Of a DNA stretch of 64,000 nt, positions 28,955 to 39,639 are shown in pieces. The stretch's first letter is position 1; every line of letters starts with the position of its first letter. The notes beneath the pieces are model-generated. The model made no database searches and was not told where the DNA came from. It saw only the letters and a list, made by a program, of their open reading frames with translations. The DNA is from Gammaproteobacteria bacterium. GTDB taxonomy: Bacteria; Pseudomonadota; Gammaproteobacteria; Eutrophobiales; Eutrophobiaceae. The DNA lies in NCBI GenBank assembly GCA_965222155.1, contig CBDCTH010000004.1, positions 448,001 to 512,000 on the forward strand, given 5' to 3'. The position numbers and the translations under genes were made by a program.

Positions 28955-29812
28955 TTATTCGTCGCTTGACAGGCTCTTGGCCTCCTCGCTATAGGTAATC
29001 TCATACCTGCTTTTAAGTTCCTCCAGCAGGCCTTTTATTGCCTGTTCGTTTTTGTCCCTTTGCCGGTCCTGCAATACCCGGGTTTTGCTTTCGATAAACG
29101 GGATCGGTCTGGCGTCTCGCACGTCAAACAGGTAGACCAGGTGGTAACCGTAACCGGACGGGACCGGTCCTTGCCAGCTTCCTTCCTCAAGGGTGAACAG
29201 CGCTGTTGCAAAGTCCTCGCCGAACAACCTGCCCAGTTGGGAGCGGCTGACGTCGGTGAATTCGTGCGGCAACATGAATGCATCGCCAAGCCCCGGTTGA
29301 CCGGCGGTTTCATCGAATCCCGCCAGGCGGGACAAAAGCGCTGACGCGTCCTCCCCTGCGTTGTCGTTGCGCCGATCATGGCTGAAATAGATATGCTTGA
29401 ATCCCAGCCTGGGTTCCGTGCGGTACAGGTCAGGATACGCCTCGTACCATTCCATGAGTTCCGCCTCGGTGGGCTGGGCCTGTTGCGCCGCGGTTTCGGT
29501 CAGCAAGGTCATTTTCTGCACCAGGCGGCGGCGGATAATCGGATCGTCCTGCTCCAGTCCCAGTGACCTGGCTTCACGATAGAACAACTCTTCAAACAGG
29601 TAGTCTGCGAGCAACCCGTCCAGTTCGTCCGGGCTCGGCTCACGGTTTGTCCGGCCTTGCCAGGTCGCCTTGAGGCGTTCTATCACGGCATTGTCCACTA
29701 CGATTTCATTGTCGGGCGCGTTATCCGGTGCGATCAGGGAATACAGGAAGAAAATAAGGCCGCCTGCCAGGAAAAAATGCACCAGAGGTTCATGCAGGAA
29801 TGTTTTGCTCAT
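28955..29812 (-). CDS. PpiC-type peptidyl-prolyl isomerase-like protein
   Basis: EPL.HF...G, EE..YREA..LGL...D.IIRRRL.QK, W.GPV.SGYG.HLV. Confidence 0.85.
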   Translation of the reverse strand: MSKTFLHEPLVHFFLAGGLIFFLYSLIAPDNAPDNEIVVDNAVIERLKATWQGRTNREPSPDELDGLLADYLFEELFYREARSLGLEQDDPIIRRRLVQKMTLLTETAAQQAQPTEAELMEWYEAYPDLYRTEPRLGFKHIYFSHDRRNDNAGEDASALLSRLAGFDETAGQPGLGDAFMLPHEFTDVSRSQLGRLFGEDFATALFTLEEGSWQGPVPSGYGYHLVYLFDVRDARPIPFIESKTRVLQDRQRDKNEQAIKGLLEELKSRYEITYSEEAKSLSSDE

Positions 29813-29867
29813 GAATGTTGTATAAACGCACAGTCAAACGGAATAATTGATATATTATCCGTTATCT

Positions 29868-30092
29868 GCCACGGAGAACACAGAGATCACAGAGATAAGG
29901 GTTTAATGCTTTCGTGCAGTCTGGTTACATCAGGTGATTAACAGGCTCCGTTTTAGTCCAGTCGTTTTAAATAACCGGGGACAGATTTAAATCTGTCCCT
30001 GATTACTGTTGAATAGCGGGTAAGAAGACGATAAACGTGCAGGTTACCCAAGCATTAAATGGATCCTCGATCCACTCTGTGATCTCTGTGGC
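29868..30092. repeat. Nested REP-like elements: gccacggagaacacagagatcacagag ... ctctgtgatctctgtggc enclosing gggacagatttaaatctgtccc
   Basis: Inverted arms; outer family also at ~54895-54986, inner family at ~5820, 15070, 28345, 39630. Confidence 0.75.
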
Positions 30093-30129
30093 TGAACAAT
30101 ATATAACCTTGTAGATAGGAAATACCCTG

Positions 30130-32307
30130 ATGAATGAACGAATTGAATTACACGGATTGTCAGTTGCAAAAGAACTGTATGACCTGGTCTGTGATGAGAT
30201 CATACCGGGGACCGGTGTCGACCCGGACCGGTTCTGGATGGAGTTATCCCGTATCGTGGCCGATCTTGGACCGAAAAACCGCGCATTATTGAATAAGCGT
30301 GACGAACTCCAGGCGAAAATCGATGAATGGCATCAGGCCAACCTGGATTATCAGCTGAAGGACTATAAAGGTTTCCTGAAAAAGATTGGTTATCTTGCGC
30401 CGGAAGGCGAGCCCTTCAAGGTCAGCGTCGCCAACGCCGACGCCGAGATCACCCGGATCGCGGGGCCGCAACTGGTGGTGCCGGTGGATAATTCCCGCTA
30501 CGCCCTGAACGCCGCAAACGCCCGCTGGGGCAGCCTGTATGATGCCCTGTACAGCACTGACGTGATCCCCGAGATCGAAGGTTGCAAACGCGCCGGACGA
30601 TACAATCCCGTGCGTGGTCGCAAGGTCATAGACTATGCGCGCCGGTTCCTGGACCGGGCCACGCCCATGGCCGTGGGCAGCCACGACTACGTGGTGAAGT
30701 ACAAGGTGAAATCTGGCCAGTTGGTTGGCGTCATGGGCGACGGCAGCGAGCATGGCCTGGGCAAGCGTGAGCGTTTCGCCGGTTATACCGGTAACCCGGA
30801 CGCTCCGGACAGTATCCTGCTGCGCCATAACGCCCTGCATATCGAACTCCGGCTCGGGGAAGGCTATTACATCGGCCGTAATGACCTGGCCGGTGTCTAT
30901 GACATTCAGTTGGAAGCGGCCGTCAGCGCAATCATGGACTGCGAGGATTCGGTATCCGCGGTGGATGCGCAGGACAAAGTGTCGGTTTACCGGAACTGGC
31001 TGGGTCTAATGAAGGGCGATCTGACCCGCAAGGTGGTGAAAGGCGACGAGGTTATCGAGCGCAGCCTGAACGCTGACCGAAAGTACAAGGCGCCGAACGG
31101 TAGAAGCATGACGCTGCCGGGGCGGGCCTTGATGCTGCTGCGCAACGTCGGCCTGCACATGTATACTGATGCCGTCACGACAGCCGCCGGCCAACAGGTG
31201 CCGGAGGGTTTTCTCGATGCCATGGTGACGACACTGGCCGCCAAGCATGATTTACTGGGCAATGGCAGGTTCAGGAACAGCCGTACCGGCTCCATTTACA
31301 TCGTCAAACCGAAACTGCACGGCCCGGAAGAGGTGGCCGCCACCGTCGAACTGTTTGAACGGGTGGAAGATGCCCTGAGCCTGGAGCGGTTGACCATCAA
31401 GATCGGGATTATGGATGAGGAACGCAGGACCACGGTCAACCTGAAAGAGTGTATCCGCGCCGCGCAGGACCGGGTGATCTTCATCAATACGGGTTTTCTC
31501 GATCGCACCGCAGATGAAATTCATACCAGCATGGAAGCCGGCCCGATGCTGCCCAAAAGCAGGTTGAAAACGGCGTCGTGGTTGCTGGCCTATGAAGACT
31601 GGAACGTGGATACCGGCATGGTCACCGGTCTGCCCAGGCACGCGCAGATCGGCAAGGGAATGTGGCCCGAACCGGACAATATGGCGGCCATGATGGACGT
31701 CAAGGTCAACCATCCCCGCGCCGGGGCCACCAGCGCCTGGGTCCCGTCGCCCAGCGCGGCCACATTGCACGCCATGCATTACCACCAGATCAACGTCGGC
31801 ACGCGCCAGCGCGAGCTGATCCGGCTGAGCCGGGTCAATCCGGATGACCTGCTTGCTATCCCTGTTCTTGACAGGCATACGCTCAATGATTTTGAGATAA
31901 GAAAGGAGCTGGAAAATAACGCCCAGGGCATACTGGGCTACGTGGTGCGCTGGATTGAGCAGGGAATAGGGTGCTCCAAGGTGCCTGACGTCAATGACGT
32001 CAATCTCATGGAGGACCGCGCCACGCTGCGAATTTCCAGCCAGCATATTGCCAACTGGTTCTACCATGGCATTGTGACCAGGGAGCAGGTGATCGATGCC
32101 TTTAAGAAGATGGCGCCCCTGGTGGACTACCAGAACGCCGAGGACCCCCAATATATCAACATGTCCCCTGACTTTGATAAGAGTATCCCGTTCCAGGCGG
32201 CCCTGGACCTGGTCATCTGTGGTCGTGAGGAACCCAACGGCTATACGGAGCGGGTACTGCATGCACGCCGGCGTGAATATAAAAGTGGGCAGGGGAACAA
32301 CAACTGA
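30130..32307 (+). CDS. glcB: Malate synthase G
   Basis: [68 protein letters not shown]. Confidence 0.97.
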   Translation: MNERIELHGLSVAKELYDLVCDEIIPGTGVDPDRFWMELSRIVADLGPKNRALLNKRDELQAKIDEWHQANLDYQLKDYKGFLKKIGYLAPEGEPFKVSVANADAEITRIAGPQLVVPVDNSRYALNAANARWGSLYDALYSTDVIPEIEGCKRAGRYNPVRGRKVIDYARRFLDRATPMAVGSHDYVVKYKVKSGQLVGVMGDGSEHGLGKRERFAGYTGNPDAPDSILLRHNALHIELRLGEGYYIGRNDLAGVYDIQLEAAVSAIMDCEDSVSAVDAQDKVSVYRNWLGLMKGDLTRKVVKGDEVIERSLNADRKYKAPNGRSMTLPGRALMLLRNVGLHMYTDAVTTAAGQQVPEGFLDAMVTTLAAKHDLLGNGRFRNSRTGSIYIVKPKLHGPEEVAATVELFERVEDALSLERLTIKIGIMDEERRTTVNLKECIRAAQDRVIFINTGFLDRTADEIHTSMEAGPMLPKSRLKTASWLLAYEDWNVDTGMVTGLPRHAQIGKGMWPEPDNMAAMMDVKVNHPRAGATSAWVPSPSAATLHAMHYHQINVGTRQRELIRLSRVNPDDLLAIPVLDRHTLNDFEIRKELENNAQGILGYVVRWIEQGIGCSKVPDVNDVNLMEDRATLRISSQHIANWFYHGIVTREQVIDAFKKMAPLVDYQNAEDPQYINMSPDFDKSIPFQAALDLVICGREEPNGYTERVLHARRREYKSGQGNNN

Positions 32308-32419
32308 GTGAGGGCACGGGCAGCCTTAATTTATTAAGTATGCGTTTGACCCAGTAAAATATTGCATTGCACAATCAAAAGTAATAAAATAATCTTACTT
32401 ATTACTGATGGAATAATCG

Positions 32420-33235
32420 ATGCAAATACAAGATAGAGTTGCCGTTGTTACAGGTGGGGCAAGTGGTATCGGCCGCGCCGTCTCTCTGGAATTGGCCCGC
32501 CGCGGCATTAAAAAAATTGCCGTAATCGATCAATCTAAGCAAACGGAAATTGCCGTCGAACAGGTAAATAACGAAATTGCCCGGGATGTGGCGACAGCTT
32601 ACCGCGGGGACGTGTCAGATGACGGGTTCCGCGCTCAAGTCTATGATGAGATTTGCGACAAGTACGGGATTCCCAGTATTTGCATCCCTGCCGCCGGCAT
32701 TACGCTTGATGCGCTGGCCATCAAGCTCAACAAGGATACCGGAAAGGCCATCATGTACCCCAGGGAAAGCTTTGAGCGGGTGGTCAATATCAATCTGATC
32801 GCCCCGGTCTACTGGGCTATGGAGATGATTTCACGTATCGCTGAGGACAGGGTGCTGCGCGGAATGAAAAAATGGCACCCCGAGGAGCATGTGCAGGGGA
32901 CCGTGATCTTCATCGGTTCCGTGTCGTCTCAGGGGGTCAAGGGCCAGATCTCCTACGCATCCACCAAGGCCGGACTGGAGGGCGCGGCAGCGACGCTGAT
33001 GAAGGAAGCGATTTATTACGGCGTCCGTTGCGGGGTGATCCATCCCGGATATACCGATACCCCCATGGTTCGGGCGCTGGGGGATGACTATATAGAAAGC
33101 CACATCCTGCCGGATACCCAGATCAGCAGGCTGATCCGGCCCGATGAAATAGCCGATGCGATCTGTTTCATGATTTCCAACTCAATCGTATCCGGCCAAC
33201 TGTGGGCGGACGCCGGCTGGCATCCGTCGGCGTAA
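32420..33235 (+). CDS. SDR family oxidoreductase (3-oxoacyl/3-hydroxyacyl-CoA type)
   Basis: TGGASGIG, AGIT.D, GQ.SYASTK, PG...TPM. Confidence 0.85.
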   Translation: MQIQDRVAVVTGGASGIGRAVSLELARRGIKKIAVIDQSKQTEIAVEQVNNEIARDVATAYRGDVSDDGFRAQVYDEICDKYGIPSICIPAAGITLDALAIKLNKDTGKAIMYPRESFERVVNINLIAPVYWAMEMISRIAEDRVLRGMKKWHPEEHVQGTVIFIGSVSSQGVKGQISYASTKAGLEGAAATLMKEAIYYGVRCGVIHPGYTDTPMVRALGDDYIESHILPDTQISRLIRPDEIADAICFMISNSIVSGQLWADAGWHPSA

Positions 33236-33374
33236 CTCGCTCGCCATGCCGGGCTTGACCCGGCATCCATTCTGATAACGTGTCGCCCCTGGCGACACAA
33301 TATTAGACTGGATACCGGCATTCGCCGGTATGACGAACGGGGGCATTCGCCGGTATGACGGCAAGTACCGGGCG

Positions 33375-34151
33375 TTATTCGATGACTAATTGTGGTTCGT
33401 CTTCCAGTCCTATTTCGAATATATCGTCATAGCCCTCGGAGGGCGGATTGCCGTCGTAAATCAGGTACCTGCGTTGTTGCAGGTAAGCCTCCCGGGTGAA
33501 GGAGTAGGGATCGATGGACGCCTCCTCGACGAATTCCGAAGCCTCCAGCAGGTTTGCCCTGTCATTGATTAAATTCAAGGCAGTGACCGGCAGCAGGAAA
33601 ATAGAGGAAATATAGCTGAACGGATTAGTAAAATAACTGCTCGCCACATCAGGGCTGTTACGCGCAGTGTACGGGCCGAGGAAAGGTATGTACAGGTAAG
33701 CGCCCTGGTCGACACCCCATACCGCCAGGGTCTGGCCGAGGTCCTCATCATTTTCCTTCATTCCCATTGACGTGGCGACATCGAACAACCCGCCGATCCC
33801 GATTGTAGAATTCACAACGAACCGGGTTACGTCAGAGATGCCCTGGCCGAGCTTTCCTTGCAGGAACGAGTGCATAATAACGTTCAGGTATTCCAGGTTA
33901 TCAAAAAAATTCGTTACGCCGTCACGCACCGGTTCCGGGGTGACTTTTACATAGTTTTTTGCGACAGGGGTCATGATATGCCGGTCGAGCGCGTCATTGA
34001 ATTTATAGAAGCCCCGATTGGTATCTTCATAAGGATCCGGGTTGACTTCCCCGTCGATGGTTTGATTGCCGACGCAGCCCGTAACCAGGGCAGCTGCAAG
34101 TAGTACTGCGAATAAAGAAACCGGACGATTCAGCCTGTATTCATTCATCAT
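33375..34151 (-). CDS. mlaA: MlaA/VacJ family lipoprotein
   Basis: Lipobox VTGC, DPYE..NR, RF..NSTIG.GGLFDVA, ED.GQTL..WG, D.Y...R.AY.Q.R. Confidence 0.9.
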   Translation of the reverse strand: MMNEYRLNRPVSLFAVLLAAALVTGCVGNQTIDGEVNPDPYEDTNRGFYKFNDALDRHIMTPVAKNYVKVTPEPVRDGVTNFFDNLEYLNVIMHSFLQGKLGQGISDVTRFVVNSTIGIGGLFDVATSMGMKENDEDLGQTLAVWGVDQGAYLYIPFLGPYTARNSPDVASSYFTNPFSYISSIFLLPVTALNLINDRANLLEASEFVEEASIDPYSFTREAYLQQRRYLIYDGNPPSEGYDDIFEIGLEDEPQLVIE

Positions 34152-34193
34152 TACTGCTGTTCCTCATAGCTCATAAACTGGTTCGCAAGTCAG

Positions 34194-34805
34194 TTATTTT
34201 CTCTCCATCCCGTCAATTTTAGATAAAATTTCTGTAACAAGTCCATTGTATCCTTTTTCTTTTATAACGGTAGCATATTCAGCCCGTTTTAACGACAGGT
34301 CATTCACGCCGTTGGCGCTGACGCTGACAATATACCACTTTCCTTGTTTTTCGTGCAGCAGATAATCCAGCGATACCGACTCGCCGGCAGGCCGGCGCAG
34401 TTCAGTCTTGATCAAAACCCGCCCCTTTCTTAACGGCACACGGGAGATTTCCAGAAACTCCTCGCCATCATAACCGTTGAAACGGGAAGCATAAGTGGCC
34501 GTGCTGAGGAGGCTGAATATCCTGGTGAATTCAGCTCTCTGCACCGCGTCGAGCTGATCCCGGTAGCGACCCAATACAACATCCGTGATTAACGGAAAAT
34601 CAAAACAGTCGCTGATAAGCGGCTCCAGTTCCCGGTAGCGCCCCTGGTACCCTAATTCTTCAGCCCGTTGCATGACACTAAGCAGTTTCCTGTGAAATTC
34701 ATCCACAATCGCGCCAGGCCCATCCATTTCCCCCGCGCCGGCCGGGAAGGACAGCCATAACAGCAACAAAGCGTAAAACAGGCAAGACAGCAATCTCGTA
34801 TTCAT
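34194..34805 (-). CDS. hpnM: HpnM/MlaC family periplasmic lipid-binding protein
   Basis: Signal peptide, RY..L.P, YA.RF.GY.G, GV.DL.LKR.EY; hpn context. Confidence 0.8.
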   Translation of the reverse strand: MNTRLLSCLFYALLLLWLSFPAGAGEMDGPGAIVDEFHRKLLSVMQRAEELGYQGRYRELEPLISDCFDFPLITDVVLGRYRDQLDAVQRAEFTRIFSLLSTATYASRFNGYDGEEFLEISRVPLRKGRVLIKTELRRPAGESVSLDYLLHEKQGKWYIVSVSANGVNDLSLKRAEYATVIKEKGYNGLVTEILSKIDGMERK

Positions 34806-34825
34806 GTCAATGGTTCCCGCTGATT

Positions 34826-34975
34826 AGGGTTTTGGGCGTTGTTATTCCGCGACTAGCGCCAGAGCCTGCCCCTGCATGCCGTAAGCAGGGGGACGAGCGC
34901 GGGCCAGAGCCTGCCCCTGCATGTTGTAAGCAGGGGGATGGCCCACGGAGCGGCCAAACAGCCCCCAAAACCCGG
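34826..34975. repeat. REP-like composite (gggttttggg ... agagcctgcccctgcatg..gtaagcagggg ... cccaaaaccc)
   Basis: Internal direct duplication; inverted relative at ~60066-60168. Confidence 0.75.
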
Positions 34976-34999
34976 CGGTCAGAACCTACTGCCATCATT

Positions 35000-36124
35000 T
35001 CACCCCCCGGACGCCCCAGCATAACTACGCTGTTTCCAGTCCGCGCCAGCCCCGGTCCAGTGGCGCCAGGCGGAACTCCAGGTCATCAGCAGGTAAAGCG
35101 CACCGGCAAGGGGTAATCCAACGCACCAGAACGGATTGATTTCATAGTAACGCAGGGTGGGCAGGAAACTTGCCGCCATCAGGAGCAAGCCGGTAACGGC
35201 AAGTAACCGGGTAGCAGGGTCTGCGCAGAGCAGGCCGGCTACGGGCAACACAAAGCCGGCCGAGAGCAGGGCGCTGCATAACAGCAGCAGTCCGATGGAA
35301 TAACGCAACTGGGTAAAAGCAGTCCTGGCGACCATGTTCCAGATGCCCGACAGCCCGTCATAACGGCGCCGGCTGTGGGCAGAGTGTGATAAACCAATCC
35401 AGGTGGCAAAGCCGGCCTGCCTGAATTGGCGGGCCAGCGCGCAATCATCGATTAAACTGTTTTTTATCGCCTCGAAACCACCCACCTGCACAAGTGAGTC
35501 AAGCCGCAGCAGGATACAGCCGCCGGCCGCAGCGGCAACTGCTTTTGAACCGGAGTTAGACAAGTGAAACGGATAAAGCAGCTTGAAAAAATAAACAAAA
35601 GCCGGCATCAACAGCTTCTCCCAGAACGAATCCATGCGCAGGAACGCGAGTAAGGACACCAGGTGCAGGTTTTGTTCCCGCATCCTGGTTTGCAGAGCCG
35701 GGATGGCGCCCGGTCTGAGGCGGATATCAGCATCAAGTAACAAAATGGTTTTTGTCTTCACCAACGGCAGGCCCTGTTGCAATGCCCATAACTTGCCGCT
35801 CCAGCCGGGCTCCAGCGGACAGCCGTTGATAATTGTCAGGTTTTCGATATTTTGACAGCTAGCCTCAACAACAGTTGCATCGGAGGATTGGTCGTCGACC
35901 AGGACGATATGCAGGTTTTGACCCTGAGCGTCAAGGCACAGCAGGGTGTCGGCGATGACATCGGCTTCATTCCTGGCCGGAATCAATACGGTGACATCGG
36001 ACAAGTCAGCGGCCTCGGCGTCGTCCGCTTCCAGTATTTCCCTGATACGCCAGGGTTGCCAGGGAAGCGCCAGGATACCGGTCCAGAGAATGACTCCCGG
36101 TATGACGAGCCAGGCTGGATCCAT
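35000..36124 (-). CDS. hpnB: Hopene-associated glycosyltransferase (GT2)
   Basis: IPARNEA, VDD.S.D, GWSGKLWA, DAD, AAAGGC, IDDC.LA, W.MVARTAFTQL. Confidence 0.88.
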   Translation of the reverse strand: MDPAWLVIPGVILWTGILALPWQPWRIREILEADDAEAADLSDVTVLIPARNEADVIADTLLCLDAQGQNLHIVLVDDQSSDATVVEASCQNIENLTIINGCPLEPGWSGKLWALQQGLPLVKTKTILLLDADIRLRPGAIPALQTRMREQNLHLVSLLAFLRMDSFWEKLLMPAFVYFFKLLYPFHLSNSGSKAVAAAAGGCILLRLDSLVQVGGFEAIKNSLIDDCALARQFRQAGFATWIGLSHSAHSRRRYDGLSGIWNMVARTAFTQLRYSIGLLLLCSALLSAGFVLPVAGLLCADPATRLLAVTGLLLMAASFLPTLRYYEINPFWCVGLPLAGALYLLMTWSSAWRHWTGAGADWKQRSYAGASGG

Positions 36125-37278
36125 TAAGCGACTTGTTTGTCTTGGTTGTCTTGTTTATTGCTACGGATTATTACCGGCGCGGGTTTGAATTCCGCAACCA
36201 GTTTGGGTTTCGACAGTACTGCATCTTCATCGTAGAGGATGGGCAGTTCAGGGGTCATGTCCCCGGAAGTCCTGGGTCCCAGCACGGCTGCTTTCAACGC
36301 TTTCCACGGACGTTTGACAGCGTCTTCAACGGCTGATGCCTCGTAACCACAGTGTACCATGCAGTTGGCGCATTTCGGATTACGTCCGTTGCCGTAATTT
36401 TGCCATTCCGTTTCTTCCATCAAAGCCTTGAATGTCGGCGCATAACCCTCACCGACCAGCAGGTAACAGGGTTTCTGCCAGCCGAAAACGTTCCTGGTAG
36501 GATTGCCCCAGGGGGTGCACTGGTATTGCTGGTTGCCTGCCAGGAAATCCAGGTACAGGGATGACTGGTTAAAACGCCATTTTTTTCCAACCCCTGATTT
36601 AAAGATGTCCCGGAACAACTGTTTGCTCTCTTTGCGTTTCAGGAAGACGTCCTGGCGCGGCGCTCGTTCGTAACTGTAACCCGGGGATATGGTGACCCCT
36701 TCGACGCCCAGCCCCATGGCCATGTCCATGAACTTCGCCACTTCGTGCGCCTGTTCGCCCTGGAACAAGGTGCAGTTGATAGTCACCCGGAAGCCTTTGC
36801 TCCTGGCCTTTTTGATGACTGAAACACACTTATCGAAGACGCCGGGGCGGCAAACGGAGGCGTCATGCCGGTCCCGGTTGCCGTCAAGGTGAATGGAAAA
36901 AGTCAGGTAGGGAGAGGGCGAATAGTCATTCATGCGCCGGTCCAGCAGCAAGGCATTGGTGCACAGGTAGACATATTTCTTTCTGGCCGTGAAGCCGCGC
37001 ACTATCTCCGGCATATCCTGGTGGATTAATGGCTCCCCGCCGGCGATGGAGACGACCGGGGCGCCGCACTCGTCAACGGCCTGCATGCACTCTTCAACGC
37101 TGAGGCGTTTGTCCAGTATCTCCTCCGGATAGTCGATCTTTCCACAACCGGAGCAGGCCAGGTTGCAACGGAACAGGGGTTCCAGCATCAGCACCAGGGG
37201 AAAGCGCTGTTCGCCGCGCAGCTTTTTCCCAAGAATGTATTTCGATATGCGAAGTTGTTGAGTTAACGGTACAGCCAT
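36124..37278 (-). CDS. hpnH: Adenosylhopane radical SAM enzyme
   Basis: FPLVLMLEPLFRCNLACSGCGKI, CTPWGNPTRN, CANCMVHCGYE. Confidence 0.95.
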   Translation of the reverse strand: MAVPLTQQLRISKYILGKKLRGEQRFPLVLMLEPLFRCNLACSGCGKIDYPEEILDKRLSVEECMQAVDECGAPVVSIAGGEPLIHQDMPEIVRGFTARKKYVYLCTNALLLDRRMNDYSPSPYLTFSIHLDGNRDRHDASVCRPGVFDKCVSVIKKARSKGFRVTINCTLFQGEQAHEVAKFMDMAMGLGVEGVTISPGYSYERAPRQDVFLKRKESKQLFRDIFKSGVGKKWRFNQSSLYLDFLAGNQQYQCTPWGNPTRNVFGWQKPCYLLVGEGYAPTFKALMEETEWQNYGNGRNPKCANCMVHCGYEASAVEDAVKRPWKALKAAVLGPRTSGDMTPELPILYDEDAVLSKPKLVAEFKPAPVIIRSNKQDNQDKQVA

Positions 37279-37549
37279 CTGTAGCCTGCTTTTCTGATTA
37301 TCAGTTAAAGATAGAGCGTTTCAGTAGACCGAAACGCGCTCATCCGAGTAAAATATAGGATAAACATCCCAAAGTACAGGATTGTTATGCAATTTAACAT
37401 AAAAACCAGGGTAACTTCATATTATTCGGATAGAATTTTTCATAAACACGGGTCAGCGGGAACCGCTGCAAGGTGAATGCCGTAGTTGCAAGCCGCCGGG
37501 TTTCTGCTTAAAGTAACCGTTCACGACAGAGGGATAAAGAGAACTATTC

Positions 37550-39409
37550 ATGACAGAGCAAATTGAGACGCCTTTACTGGATCAAATAGAATCTCCCGTT
37601 GACTTGAGGCGTCTGCCGGAAGATAAACTGGAACCGCTGGCGCAGGAAATGCGTGCGTTCCTGTTGCATTGGGCCAGCAGGAACGCCGGTCATTTTGCCG
37701 CCAGCCTGGGCGCAGTCGAGTTGACGATTGCCTTGCATTATATTTTTAATACACCTGATGACCGGCTGGTCTGGGATGTGGGCCACCAGGCTTACGGGCA
37801 CAAGATCCTCACCGGGCGCCGCGACAGGCTGCATTCCATCAGGAAACATGGCGGGCTGGCGCCCTTCCCGAAACGCGACGAGAGCCAGTATGATACGTTT
37901 GGCGTGGGTCATTCGAGTACGTCCATCGGCGCCGCTCTGGGTATGGCTATTGCGTCCCGACACACGGGAAGCAGGCGCAAATGTATCGCCATCATCGGCG
38001 ACGGCGGGTTGACGGCCGGCATGGCCTTTGAGGCCTTGAACCATGCCGGTGACGCCGGGGTCGACCTGCTGGTGATATTGAATGACAATAATATGTCCAT
38101 TTCCCCCAACGTGGGCGCCCTGGCCAACCGGTTTGCCCAGTTGCTGTCCGGGAAGTTTTACACGACGGTGCGGGAGCGGGGCAGGAAAGTCCTGTCGCAT
38201 GTACCGGGTGCGCTGGAGATATCGCGGCGCGCGGAGGAACACATCAAGGGCATGATCATTCCGGGGGTATTGTTTGAGGAATTCGGTTTCAATTATATCG
38301 GCCCCGTTGACGGCCATCATCTACCGACCTTGCTGACGACCATCCGCAATATCAGACAGTTGGAGGGGCCGCAGTTTCTCCATATCATCACCCGCAAAGG
38401 CAAGGGGTACGGTCCGGCGGAGGCCGATCCGGTGAAATGGCATGCGGTGAGTAAACCGTTCGATCTGGAGACCGGCAAGGCGTCAACTCCGAAACCGGCG
38501 CAGCCTGCCAAGCCGACCTACAGCCAGGTGTTCAGTGACTGGGTGTGTGACATGGCAGCCCGGGATGAGCGTCTGGTGGCCGTGACGCCGGCCATGCGCG
38601 AAGGATCCGGACTGGTGCGGTTTGAACAGGAATACCCGGATCGTTATTTTGACGTGGCCATCGCCGAGCAGCACAGTGTTACCGTTGCCGCCGGGATGGC
38701 CTGCGACGGCCTGAAGCCGGTGGTGGCGATCTATTCGACCTTTCTGCAGCGGGCTTATGACCAGGTGGTGCATGACGTGGTGAACCAGAAGCTGCCGGTG
38801 TTGTTTGCCATTGACCGAGCCGGCGTGGTCGGCGCAGACGGGCCTACCCATAACGGGTCCTATGATTTCAGTTATTTACGTTGCCTCCCGCACATGGTGG
38901 TGATGGCGCCGGCAGATGAGAACGAGTGCCGGCAGATGTTATATACGGGGTTTTTGCTGGACCAGCCGGCGGCAGTGCGTTATCCCCGCGGCAGCGGTCC
39001 CGGCGTGGCGGTTGAGACAGAGATGACGGCATTACCGCTGGGCAAGGGGGAAATACGCCTGCGGGGTAAAAAGATCGCGCTGCTTGCTTTCGGGAGCGCT
39101 GTGAAGCCGGCGCTGGAGGCAGGCGCTGAGTTGAATGCGACAGTGGCGAACATGCGTTTTGTGAAACCGCTGGACGGGGAACTGGCAGCCGAATTGGCTG
39201 CGACCCATGATTTGCTGGTTACGGTGGAAGAGAACGTGGTCCAGGGAGGAGCGGGGAGCGCGGTAAATGAATATCTTGCATCACAGGGGATAATGCCGCG
39301 CATTCTCAACTACGGTTTGCCGGATCGCCTGCTGCAACATGGCTCCCAGCAGGACATGCTGGAAGATGCAAAGCTGACCAAAGCGGGGCTGCTGGAGTTT
39401 ATCGGTTAA
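37550..39409 (+). CDS. dxs: 1-deoxy-D-xylulose-5-phosphate synthase
   Basis: [53 protein letters not shown]. Confidence 0.97.
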   Translation: MTEQIETPLLDQIESPVDLRRLPEDKLEPLAQEMRAFLLHWASRNAGHFAASLGAVELTIALHYIFNTPDDRLVWDVGHQAYGHKILTGRRDRLHSIRKHGGLAPFPKRDESQYDTFGVGHSSTSIGAALGMAIASRHTGSRRKCIAIIGDGGLTAGMAFEALNHAGDAGVDLLVILNDNNMSISPNVGALANRFAQLLSGKFYTTVRERGRKVLSHVPGALEISRRAEEHIKGMIIPGVLFEEFGFNYIGPVDGHHLPTLLTTIRNIRQLEGPQFLHIITRKGKGYGPAEADPVKWHAVSKPFDLETGKASTPKPAQPAKPTYSQVFSDWVCDMAARDERLVAVTPAMREGSGLVRFEQEYPDRYFDVAIAEQHSVTVAAGMACDGLKPVVAIYSTFLQRAYDQVVHDVVNQKLPVLFAIDRAGVVGADGPTHNGSYDFSYLRCLPHMVVMAPADENECRQMLYTGFLLDQPAAVRYPRGSGPGVAVETEMTALPLGKGEIRLRGKKIALLAFGSAVKPALEAGAELNATVANMRFVKPLDGELAAELAATHDLLVTVEENVVQGGAGSAVNEYLASQGIMPRILNYGLPDRLLQHGSQQDMLEDAKLTKAGLLEFIG

Positions 39410-39523
39410 AACTAATCCGTCGCCATTCTTGCGAAGGCCGAGTAGTGGCACATGGATGTGCCGTCAACGGAGCGTAGGATGCAAATCCAGTCGATTAAAC
39501 AATTCCTTATTCTCCTCAACCTC

Positions 39524-39580
39524 AATGTCCCGGCATCGTCATACCGGACAATCCCTGTCCGGTATGACGATGCCGGGCAT
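39524..39580. terminator. Long hairpin between convergent dxs and ppd (REP-derived, possible bidirectional terminator)
   Basis: cccggcatcgtcataccggaca / tgtccggtatgacgatgccggg inverted arms. Confidence 0.55.
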
Positions 39581-39639
39581 GAGCTGCGGTTCTGTCGCGA
39601 GGCGGTGTTTATATGTCGAAGACCCGCCGGGGACAGATT

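Noticed and set aside
31252-32262. Long antisense ORFs (also 26546-27397, 37574-38320, 8321-9154, 17310-18023)
   Set aside because: Shadows of well-supported genes in GC-rich DNA, with no motifs
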